Below, piece by piece: positions 13,572 through 26,300 of a stretch of 64,000 bases of DNA (position 1 is its first letter; each line of letters starts with the position of its first letter). Below the pieces are notes generated by a model, which did not search any database, was not told where the DNA came from, and saw only the letters and a list, made by a program, of their open reading frames with translations. Origin of the DNA: Styela clava (taxonomy: Eukaryota); NCBI RefSeq assembly GCF_964204865.1, contig NC_135259.1, forward strand, positions 12,524,001 to 12,588,000, in the 5' to 3' direction. Made by a program: the position numbers and the translations under genes.

Positions 13572-15184
13572 CATTTACAAATGACCGAGAAAACACATGA
13601 ATGCAATTTTGTTGTATTTTATTGTTACGTTATAACTAAAGAAATTACCAATTTACATTTCAAATATGAATGTTTTGATTCTGCTTTCATTCTTAATTTT
13701 TGTGAAATTAATTTTTGGTTCTAACGGTTTTCAGAAGAGTTTCATTTGATATATTTTAAATAGGTATTTTTGTCTGAACGTATTTTGTCAATGCATAACA
13801 CATTTATCTGATGAAATGACTCTATATATCCAACGATAATGGCTTTGTTCCTTGATTGACTCATGTACACAAATTAGAATGCAAAATCGATGCACATCGA
13901 TGCTTGAACCCGGAAAAGCATGCCCTGTTTAGGATCAAAATGCTACGCCAGAGGCTAAAATACTCACAATAGGGTATTGTTTTTGCAACTTTGGGGGGGT
14001 TACAAAAGTGTCTTGGTGACATCTGTTGGTACGCTGAATTACATGACACTATTAAAACTATTCTATATCATTTTAATAAGACTACAGTAAAGAAATCAAG
14101 CGTCATTCTCAATCTTAATATTTATAAAAACAATCATAACACAAACAATATGTTATATGTTCGGTCATAAAACAAAATATCAGATTTGGAGTAAATTATC
14201 GTAAAGTTAGAATACTTTTCGTTCCCGCCTATTATCTCGGTATTAATCTTAGTTGGGCTAGTTTTTCATTTTATTCAAAGCTCGAATTCGTCGCATACTC
14301 GCTTCAATAAAATCTGGACCAAGTCTGTATTGGTTGTAATCTGTGTAACAGCAAATCGTAATTTTAAAGATCGTTAGCAGTTTTCTTTTTGAATTATGAA
14401 TGATTGGTGATTTTAACAAAATAACTAAACGTAGATTCTGCTATGCTGAGGAAAATCAATGAAGACGTGAGTGGACGACGCTGTAAATGTTATTATACTT
14501 TATTTCGTTTACCGAGTCGCGCACAAAAATTGATTCTACAATTATTTTTAAGCCCACGTTGCCTTTATGTTTTATCAAGCTTTTATAAAACTTTGCTATC
14601 ATTTTATTGTCTGTGTTTACATCGTATTCAATTGTAATTTCACTTTTATCAATTATAAAAAATAAATAAACTAATATTTAATTATCGTAAATTTAGTATT
14701 TTGTTCGAGTTCTTCTAAATACTTCCAAGTCATGCGGAAGTTTATGGCAGTCAATGCAGGACAATGCGGACGTTCGCTTAACGAGCAGGCGTAGGTAGAG
14801 ATTCGTCATAGCTTCCTCATTGAACTATTTTGAGCATTTTGAGCGTTTTAAAGCTAACCATGGCCATGCATATATCAAGAATGAGAATGTAATTTATCCC
14901 TGGCCACTACTCAGACCAATACACCATACATTTAAATATCCATAAGTGAGATACTGTGAATAGTCAATCAGGTAGAGACTGGCGTTGTTGATGCCATATT
15001 GTTGTTCCGACTTGAATGAATGTATTAGCGCAATTTAGGCACAAGGCAGTTTGTTTATCAGGTCGAAACAGCAGTCTAGTTCCAACTTTGTCATCGCTAA
15101 CTGCAAATCAATACAGACTTTTGACGATGTTAGTATATTTTTGATGTTGTCGTTGAATTGAAGATGTAGAAAACGGAAAACATC

Positions 15185-18100
15185 ATGAAGATAGCCATCG
15201 AACTATCGTTGTTTTTCCTAGTTTTACAACTTACAAAAAGCTGCGATGGTAAGAACCCCTTTTATTAATTTCTCCTTTCTTAAAAATATCAATGCTCGGT
15301 CTCACTGTATTGTGTAGCAAGGCAGCCTTCAACAACTGACAATACTTCTCAAAATTAGAATTATGTTAAAACAAACATTATATATGTTTTTTTAGACGGC
15401 AGCACTGAATTATCCATTGAGGAAGAAGACAGCAAGACGTTTGAAATCAACTTTTCATCGGTGTGTTAATAATTTTAGATGTAACGAATATAAAGATATC
15501 AATTCTTAAATAGATCAAGGTCTTCCGATATTCTATATTTCTAATAACATCAATGACTGACACTTTGATAAACAAGTTTGCAGAATATCTTGAATAATAT
15601 GAATAAATGGGAACCCCCAAAAAATCTCAATTAAATTTGTAGCAGAAATTATGTTCTTTTATTTTCTATTTTTGATAAAAGATATTTTACATTTGTTTTA
15701 CAGCCTGAGGAATTAGAACGTAAGTATATGTGTGAGTAGATTATGTTGAATAAATTTTGGTTTAAAATATACTATTAATATTGATAGCATGTAGTCTACT
15801 CGCGCGATCAAACAGTACAAGTTCAAGGTAGGGAAATGAAAATAATCATATATGCTTGGATATTGAAAGCATCAAATCCGAATCAAATACCACGTACCGC
15901 TTCAATCTGAGGATGCCGATGGATGGAGATAGATTTATTTGCGTTTTTGAAATTAAAACTTGTGAATGCGTTTCAAATAAAAATGATTAGACTTTTGAGA
16001 CTTTTGGGACATACGAATCATTTTGTTATTATGTTGTTGTTGTTAAATTTTTTTTATTTTTATTGTTGTTATGAAAAAATCGCTTTTCTCATTATTTACT
16101 TGACCAATTGCATTGGAATTTTCAGAGGTTTAAAGATTGTATTTTTGATATAAGGGTATTTTTTTTAATTTCAAAAATTTTTGTGGGTTTAAGTGTCTGA
16201 AGCAATGGTCGAAAAATTTCATGTACTTGCGGGCCGCATTAATTTCCGCCTACGAACAATCGCCGCAGTCGCACCTTCTTTGCTGTGTTAAAACCCTTCC
16301 GCAATGCGACGTGTATGTGGTCTTTTTCGATATATCATCAAACATTACTTTTTTTATTCACTTCTTATCAATGTGAAGGATGATGTTGTTTCTGTGTCAT
16401 GGCCAAAGCGTTAAAATCAAATGGTACTTTTGTTGGCCCCGAATACGTCGACCAAATGACGATCTGACAAGCGAGTACAAAATTTATTTTTGTGTAACGT
16501 ACTTTATATAAAACTGCTCACAGAAATATGTGTCTCCGAACGAGCACATCACACGTTTTCTACTGTAGCACGGATGAGTATTGGCGCAACCCCGGGTCTC
16601 GTGGTCGAATTTCGTATTCGCAAGACACGTTCCATAATGACGTTTAATCCCCTAATAACTGCGATGCTGACATGGCAAACTGGTTTTGAAATGCGCAAGA
16701 ATGAAAAATATCATTCCGTCCAAGCACTTTCGAATGTTCGGCCCTGGTCGCAAACTCTCCTCCATCTCCCATTCATTTTTATATTTCAAAAATCAACATA
16801 AACTTACCTTATAGTAAAACGAACGATGGGGCGTTCACCAGGAAAAGGCAGAGAACTGACGCTCCTCACTACAAAACAAGCGTCGTACAGCAGTACTTGA
16901 TACCCCATAAATTCGTGCGAAGGCAATTATAATTTTAGGATTCATTTTTGTTTTATGCATTAAAAGTTGGGTCGTTCGAGGACCGCAAAAAAATAGTTTT
17001 CGGGCCGCAGTTTATCGACCCCTGGTCTAAGGGATTTGTTTATATTTTTTTTGTGCGATTACGTCATCAAAATTCGAAATTGCGCTAATTGTGGCGGTTC
17101 CGCCTTCTCGTTAGCGATCTGATGGTCAGTCAGCACCTGTAGTCTACTATAACAGATTCCATGCCCTTACTACTTAGTTTTGGCTTTCGTGTCCATATAT
17201 TTGAGCATTGATCTGTTGTTAACTTTCAGAGAAAATACGAGACAATGCGGAGTTACAAGAGCTTTTGTTGAAACAGTTATCTAAAGAAGCAACCGGTTGT
17301 GATTCTACGAGTAATTATATTGTTATTTATAGTATATAAAACACTGTGAAATCAACTAAAATTGGAAAGATGTAGTTGTTTGGTTTTGATTTTGGCGCGA
17401 TAAAATCAATCAATGGAAACCTGTAGAATACTATACTATACTCCAAGTCGGTGGCTTTCGACCTTTGCCCAAGAGTATTAAATTAATTTAAATATTATTC
17501 TAATTAATAATTATTTTGCCGATATTGCGGTGTTTTACTGTGATATTTATGTTTACTGTGCTATTTTCATTTTGCCTTTGCTAGCGCTCGAATTTATTTA
17601 TTTTTTGGGTTATTTGATATGGATCTTAGCTGTCTGGAGTAATGAACGAATTAAATGGATTTCAAAATTTCTCATATATAATGGTTTATACAACTTTATA
17701 GCATGCATTCATCAAATTGAGAACTAAATTTTGGTCGATTCTACAGTAGATTGTCGTTTCCGAGAAAAACCGCCCAAATATGTTTGCACATGATCAGGTT
17801 CTATATCCTCGATAAATAAATAAAAAAAGGTTGTTGTTCCGTTATCAATTGATTGCTGCTTGCATTTTGATTGTGCAAAAATATGTATACGTCTATTGCA
17901 TAATTTTAACGTTTCTCTCACTTCAATACAGGTACTGTATCAATTGCTACAACCGTCATCAATAGTCTAATGTCAGAAGGAAATATGGTCACTAAACAAT
18001 CAACAGTAGTTCCTACTCACAACACACGCACACAAGCTGGTAGTAGTGCCACCCAATCTACTCAAACGCTTACGTCTAGTGAAACCAATCAAGGTAACTA

Positions 18101-19992
18101 TCCTTTTGTTTTCTGTAGCATAAGAAATGTATATATTCGGATGTATTCAATATAATGCTTATAACCATTGAGTCAATTTGATAGAGAAATCAATGTAGTT
18201 TTGATTTCAAAGCTAAAATTATTTCCTTTTTGAAAAAAATGTATTTGTTTTGTGGAGTCACAATCTATGCATCAAACTCTGCATTTAGATTCCACAACAT
18301 ATGGTGTAACAACTCGTGCTGAAACAACGACGCCTTCTACACAAACTACTAAAACACTTTCATGTGCTGAAAAATATCCCGAACTGTCTTCACCCTCACC
18401 CACAACCAGTAAGATTACATTCAGTTACAATAACTTTTTTTTTTTGAAAGGCAATTCATACGGTATTACATCTTGTCATTGCTCTATAAATTTAAATTTT
18501 GACGTAATAAAACAGTTGGTGTTGATTACCAACTTGCTTGATTACCAATCTTGCTAATTGCCATTTACCGAAACAAAAATGTGGGATAACTATAAAAAAG
18601 GAAATTCGGAAATTCTGTTTTCGCGAGAACCTACTTTGCAACGAAGCATAATTATATATGTTTGGCCGATGCAAATTCATTTTGTTTAATATCCTACAAG
18701 CCTAATCCCACAAAAGCCATTTCTCTCAAAATTGTATTTTTGCAAAAAGTGGGTTTTCGCAAAACTAAATTATCTTCTGCATTAGTTTATTCTAAGCGTT
18801 ATAAATCCCCTCTTTCCTGTATGTTTGCTTGCATATTCGATCACCTGCGCAAACGTATACGTTATCAAACACGCTTTGTTTTTTAGAAACTCGACAACAG
18901 TAAACTTTAATATGATATTGTTTCTCGGTCACATTTTAAACTTCATTCCAAACTTCGTTCTATTTTTATACATTTACAGGCGATTTCAGTTCAGGCGATG
19001 CATGTTTAAACGGAACATGTTTCCGAGCGATTATTTCTGAACGTCAAAATATAACATATGACCATGCAGGGGTAATGTGTCAACAGCTCGAATCGAATTG
19101 GAGTCTTGCAAATATTTACGATGAATGCTATTTTGAACTTATCAAAAATTATTCAAAAACGCAGGACAAAAAAGAATTTAACCTATGGACTGGGATGACT
19201 ATAACACCAGAGGTTTTTAAACTTTATCTTACAGCTTGTTTAGTTGATCCAATTGTTCACATAATATTTTGTCAATAATGGGGGTGAAATATCAATAATA
19301 CATTCAACAATGCTCCTTCATAACTAGTTATTTATTTATCATTAAATAGTATTACTGAAGATTCCATATTTAAAGATACACGAAAAAATTGAAACTTGGT
19401 CGCTTTACTTATGTTCACGCGTTAAACCTGACTGACACTGCATAAAGTATCTCTTTTCATTGAGATGACATTTCAAATGTTTTTTGAACATGACGGTAGA
19501 CAGGTATCATATAACATCCATATCATCCATTTTTATTGGATATCAATTGACTAGTAAAAGAGTAAAATTAATAAACATATATATATATTATTTGCGTATT
19601 TCGCTCCAAACAAGGCCCTGTACAAGCAGTCACTGATATCCCATCAAATCTAGGCTACTTACCACGTACAATCATTATATAGAAAACACCTAGGGTCGGA
19701 CTCAAAAATGTCCCCGGGCGATGTCGCAATAGCAACCGTTTATCTCAGTCACACCGATTTCGTGCTCCGATCAGAAAAACTGTTATTCTTTTTATAGAAT
19801 TCAACAGCATACTTTCGTTCGGGTGAGATCACAAGTTGGTCGATAACTTGGTATCCAAATGATTATCCTAACAATGAAAACGTATTTACCAACTTGGCTT
19901 TTCGATACAGCGGTATCTGGAAATACGACGGCCTTGTGAACATACAACCAGACCACAATTATGATGGAGCTCTTTGTGAGAAGCAGAATTAA
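15185..19992 (+). CDS. Secreted mucin-stalk divergent C-type lectin (lectin 3, ~306 aa; exons 15185-15248, 15396-15460, 15704-15719, 17230-17295, 17932-18093, 18289-18408, 18980-19212, 19798-19992)
   Basis: Signal peptide MKIAIELSLFFLVLQLTKS; two Ser/Thr-rich phase-1 exons; CTLD CLNGTCF..C..LANIYDE..LWTGM..TWYP..GALCE; 921 nt in frame. Confidence 0.85.
16203..17024. mobile_element. hAT MITE nested in the dispersed ~300-bp repeat
   Basis: Ends caatggtcgaaaaa / tttatcgacccctg, gcgggccgca motifs, imperfect 8-bp TSD gtctgaag/gtctaagg. Confidence 0.7.
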
Positions 19993-21968
19993 GAAAAATA
20001 GAAATGGACGTTGTTATTAAAAACAGTACCATTTTAACAACCACACGGGGAAAACGCTTGTTTTTCTCGTGATATAAGGTATCCTCAATGCAGTGGTAGT
20101 GGAACTTTTAAATAACTTGGACTGAGTATATACAGAATCAAACAGTGAAAGATTTTGGAATGTTGCTAAATCTTATCATGAGTGCAAAATTTACTTCAAA
20201 TTTTATAAAATTCATAGACATTCAAGGACAAAGTACGAATTAACGTTTCCAAATAAATATACAAATAAGAGTTGAATATATATGTTAGATACATATATTA
20301 CAATAGTATAAACAAACCTATTTGACTCATCTGTTGTCTGTTTTTGAAAACAATATTCTTTTTTATATGATGTACAAACTCAATCATTATATTTTTAACT
20401 TTTATGAGTATACTAGTTCCAGCTACATTCAACGAGTGGTCCAAACCAATTCTTATTCGGTCAATGACGGATGGTATATAATATCAATATGTTTGTAATT
20501 GTTTGTTAAATTTATATCAATACATTGTATTAAAACGAGTAATTGTATATTATTTTTACCTATCAATTTTGTTGCTTTCATTTATTTTCACAATATTTGT
20601 TTAAAATTTCAAAAGTATTTGTAGAGCTTACACGCCTTTGTTGCACTTTATCAAACTACCAGGGAATCGGTAGCAACTTACTATTTGATTGGTACAATGG
20701 GAAGCGGGACTACCGCAACAAAAATTAACACGTTTTATTTTGAGCGCTTAGCTATAATTTTTAGTGTATTTCTATAAATCTGAATCAAAATAGCTTATTG
20801 CGTTTCTTGATATCAAATAAATAATATCCTAATTTTAGTAGACTTTTAAATCAATATAACAAATTAAATTTGTAACATTAAAATTATGCAACAATTTTTT
20901 GTTTCTCAATTTTTGTTCATTCTGTTGCAGCTTTCACAGTAATTTGGCTACTGACTGAAATTCAAGACGATTTTATTCCATATTTGATTGTTCTTATATA
21001 TTGTAATTTAATTAAATTATTTATGTTTAATTAAGAAATAGCAGTTTTGCTTGATTTAGTTATTACACAAGACTTTATGTTTGCAAATATGTGAAACGTT
21101 CTTTGCTCGAATAACAATAATAAATAGTACTTGTTATATTTATAATACTTATTATAATAATTTTGGAACCTAGACTAGACTCTGAACGCAAATTTGTAAA
21201 GAGACCTTACATAAACTATGCTGTAAATTACCGCTAGAAAACTGTCTTGCATTCTATCCCTCGATTAGAGTCCTCTATTTCTGACTGTGACACAAAGCCA
21301 GCAAAGAGGCTATAAGCCTGTGGCAATGTCGACGAACTGAATTTGGAAAAAAACGAGATGCAAAACAAACATTTAACGCTTATACATAGAATGTCTTCCC
21401 GAATAAATACACCACATTCTTAAGTCAACATAAATTTTTTGACTGGTTAGCAACTTGCTCTGCAATAACTGATATTGTTGCAAAAATACTCCTACAGTCA
21501 ATTATCACAACGTCAAAGCTTTTTTGTCTTAGAAATGACTCCACTACTACAGATTTTCTTTGTGTTATTTAATAAACCAATAAACAAACAACGTTTGAAT
21601 GATTTTTCTTTTGCTCGATAGAAGACGCGATAATCATTTATTGAATATTTTCAGAATTTTTTTGAGAGAAAACAAATCAAAACTTTAATTGTGAGAAGAT
21701 AATGCAGTATGCTAATAGTTCATATGCGCTTCAATATACATATTAATCCTAGATAGGCGGTCAGTATCAAATTCCGTGGTACTTACGTCACTTTGCCTAT
21801 CAGGAATTCACACGTGAAGATTTTCTCTAGGGACAAAGCATCTATGTAAACGAGCTGGCCCAACTTTGAAAGGAATGTAATTGTGATTGATATTATTTAT
21901 ACCGGCGTTATACACTAGGCAAGGCGTTTTAAGATTTCAAAAAATAATTGAAATAAATATTCATAGTT

Positions 21969-22220
21969 TAGGCTTACCATATGAAACAAAAAATCGGGAC
22001 AGTGCGGATTGGATAAACCTTGGTTCGATTCAGAGGATTAGTAATATTCAACTTATATGAATATTGGTAAAACTCAAATCAAGGAAAAGTGCTCGTAATT
22101 GTATAGTAATAATAAACAAAAAACTCATGACGGCCATACTGCATGACCGGGGCATGACGTTACGGCGGGACAGCGTGTCAAAATCGGTACTGGCCCAGCT
22201 GAACCGGGCCTAGTCACCCT
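21969..22220. mobile_element. Degenerate hAT-like MITE
   Basis: taggcttacca.../...tagtcaccct ends with internal cgggac subterminal repeats. Confidence 0.45.
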
Positions 22221-23374
22221 TTCGCTTACAATTATCCAAGCGTAATTAGTATTGATTCAGGTTTTGATTCAGATAGAAGATGGGCTTGTTCAGACTGATA
22301 TCAATGTGTCAAACTCAATGAATGCGAACACTAAGCATAAATAGCTTTCACGCGTGTGGGAGTATTGTCGGATACAATCATTTTTGATTTTGACAAATCT
22401 CCTAACTGTATATCACTGTTACAAATGAGTAGTAAAGGCGATGTAACTTTTTGATAACATGACAAAAAACGTAAATTTTGTTAAAGTTTCAAATTGCAAA
22501 TTAAATATGAATTCATATTCATAATTTGTAAAAATATCTTTTGGAATTATTTATCGAATTACTTTCAGATTAAATGAAATAGTTTCACGACTGTATGCAT
22601 AATATTCACAGCTTTTGTGAGGTTACGTCAGATGCTAATTGACATCGTATGCAGACAGCTGGTCTTGATTGAAAGACGAATTGTACCCGTTGTATGCTTA
22701 TATTTTAGTAAAGAAAAGTGTAATTTATAGAGATTGTGATCATAGACAAATAATATATTAGCAGTAAAATCATGTATTAATTAGGAATGGAAATACAGTA
22801 TTCAAGATACAATTGTTTTCTTCGAATTTACATTATCCATCATATCAAGGGAAATATGAGCGTAAATGAAATACAAAGCGTATACCAAGTTTGTCGTATT
22901 GTAGCATTAAAAGGCATCCTAGTCGTGATCACAAATGATCAGGGTGGAAACAATTACACTTTCGACGTGAGATCTCCTGATATACCGTAATCTGCCGGGT
23001 ATTTGGAACGACCTCGGCAGATAGAGAATGTTGTTGGGTACGAAATGTACATACAGTGTTGTGAAATTGTTATGTATCCGTTGTTGTGCTGTTTGAATAT
23101 TGTACTGATCGATTTCAAGCTTCCCAAGATGCTATTTTTTGATACTTCAAAATTTCTTCAGAAACTATAAGGCTCAGTATTTCATTATAAAGATAATTTA
23201 TTTCATAGGATACTTATATTATATGACATATTGAAACATTTCGTTAGACAATCGGCCTTTTTACTTATTCGTTAGTTTTATGATGACGTCGGTTTTATTT
23301 TACAAATAGTTTAGAAACAATTTAAGTTATAATTGTTCTGTTCGGTGTTTGACTGATATTGTTATAATATCAAA

Positions 23375-26300
23375 ATGCATATTAGTCGATGTTCAGCAGC
23401 TCTGCTTTGTACCTTTGTTTTGTTTCTCTTCATTATACAAGGTAGGTATATTTTGAGAAAAATATTACGTTTATATAATTAAATATTCATTTATGATCTA
23501 TATCCAATGTAAATGTTAAATAAATACACAGACTTTTGTATAAAAAAAACGCTCAGTTAACAAACATTGTCTTTTTAACGCTAATGTCTCATGGTTTTCC
23601 GTAATCTCTCTTTCTTTTGTCAAAAGGCTTACTCATAGGTATGCTGATGTGGTATATATGTGATAATGCAAGTGTTCCGTCTGGTGGCTCAAACAACTCT
23701 AAGGTAATCGATGAAGAAAGGCCACGCGAGGATGAACCAAAGGTGATATCTTACTTTTAAGGTTTCACCTGCTTTCAATATTTCACGCAGTTACCTATAG
23801 GGCTATCTTATAATTATATAAATTATATATGTAAACAATATTTCAGTGGTCCTCAAACTTTTTTTGCTCTCGGTATATTAGGCAAATAAAAATAACATTT
23901 TGCGGCACGCTTGTAAAAAACTGAAGTTAGCTTTAAACAAGTTTATTCTGCAAATGTTAATGCGATGTGTGTGTCTGTTTTGAGAATAATGGTAACAAGG
24001 TTCCGTCGCTCTCTTTTTTGATTTTAATTTCAGTCGGAGCGGAAAATCCGTGTTCATAGAGCCATGGAAATGGCTAGGTTTTTTGTGGCTCTTGCATGGG
24101 ATGATTGGATATAATTTGTAAGCAGATATCCAAAACTCACCCAAAATTGCTTTCTTGTTAGCCCAACTAAGCGAGCAAGTCAACATCGTGAGAGGTGGAC
24201 GTCTTGTTTACAAATACATTATAAAATACCAAGACAAATATAACGTGACAATCACCCTCAATACAACGAAAGACAAATGCAATATTAATATCAGTCTAAT
24301 AATGGATGGTGCGGATGCTCGTTGCATGCATGCCAATGTGTAATATTATTTACTAAAATCTCAAAAAGCTTCTGGTCCCACCTGAGAAACGTAGCAATAT
24401 TTCCTCTTCCCCAATTGAAAACAAATTTATTCCTCATTAATATCAGTCGGTTAAACGGTAATTTCAATACATTATAAAATGCTTTATTTAACACTTCGCT
24501 TTGTATGTAACAACAGAAACCGTGGACAGATATCCGCCTTCCTAATAATCTTATTCCAAATTCTTACGATATCAACTTGAGACCGATTCTGGATGATGCA
24601 ACAAGCAATGCTTTGTATGGATCAATGGACGTTACTTACCTCTGCAAAATCCCAACGAAGTATACTTTGTTGCATTCCAAGTGAGTTATGCTTAATATTT
24701 ACTTTCATTTCTGCCAGGGTTTATGGGGAACTGATTATCAGATATTCAAAATCGAAAAAAATCGGCTACTTTTAAAACCTTTTTCGCTACTCGATCAGGT
24801 TTCTTTTTTTTTTATAATATCTTATGGGACCCGGTGTGTTGAGACGAATCGCTTCCGAAAGTTGCTGTTGCTATTAGAATATAATTGTTTATTTCAGCAA
24901 CTGAAAGATGTCACTATTACTTTATATATTTTTTATTTTATTTTTTAAGTTTTTTTTACATCCCACTCACACACATGTGTATGACCTCGACCTCGTTGCG
25001 CATAAATGTAAGCATGTTTGACCTAAAGAATAAATCAAAATAACATAAATTTGTTACGTCTTTCATTAACTCAATAGAAAACATTTATGACAAATGATAT
25101 TAAGTGGTAGGTGGACTGAATTAATTTCTGCTAATTTAAAATTAAAGAATTTTTTACTGAGATAACGCATTTAACGCTGAACGGCAGATGCTATTTTTAT
25201 TGAATTGCTAACATTTCTGAATGCTGTCACTGGACTGAATTTTCTGTTATTCCTTGAAGTCGTGTGCTTCTAATTTTCAAGATATATCAAATTCGACTCA
25301 TCAAAAGTATCGTTGAAGACTGGAAATTGCGATGTCGAAATAACCAACGTGACATTTTATGAATTACATGAATATGTTATATTTGAATCAAAAGAGAAGT
25401 GCGATGGAGGAAAATATTACACACTTTCTATTTTACAATATGTCACGTCCCTGTCACATAATTTATGGGGATTATATCGAAGCACTTTTGAAATGGAAAC
25501 AGGAGAAACCAGGTGAGAAGACTTATCCATTAAATATCACTGTGTGCAAATCATTTTTTCCCGATTTTTCCAATTTAATTTGGAACCAGAAAATTGGAAG
25601 TCATTGGAAGTCAAAATTGGAAAACCAAATTTTGCGTAATACCATAGCCTACTACCAGCGGTTCCAAACTTTTTGGGGAAAGGGAAAACTCATGGCGCAC
25701 GAGAAAAAATGCGGCTTTTAAATTAAACTCAATTTTGTGATCGTTAATATGTATGTCATTAAAGTTTGTAAACATGTAAACCTAACGAATAAAAGCAATG
25801 TCAACTTCTTTTTCTTAATCTTTGCCTGATTTTTCTTACACTCAAATACGCGTTCAACTAGGTTCAATGAATAAATAAACTGCAGATGGCTAAATTGCAA
25901 CTAGTAGTGTTCATGTGCACAGCATTTAAGAAATAATAATGCATCAATACTACATGAAATGTGTAAAATATTCAATTATATATTAGTCATGTTTAACACA
26001 ATTCTGTTAATTTTCAAGACGCACTTAGCTAACCCCCCCCCCCCCCCCCCTTTTTGGGAACCACTGGCCTAAACCAAAAAAGCCTATTGGGCTACCAGTA
26101 TGGAATATTGAGTGAGGGTATTAGAAAGAAATAGCATATTGGTATGCAAGTTGAGAAAACATTCTCACATGGTTGTCCCTTATGAACAGCAATAAGATAA
26201 CTTGAGGGTCGTTACAACTATGTTTATTTAAACAGGACAATACTTTCAAGTCACATGCAGCCAACTGGTGCAAGAAAAGTATTTCCTTGTTTTGATGAAC

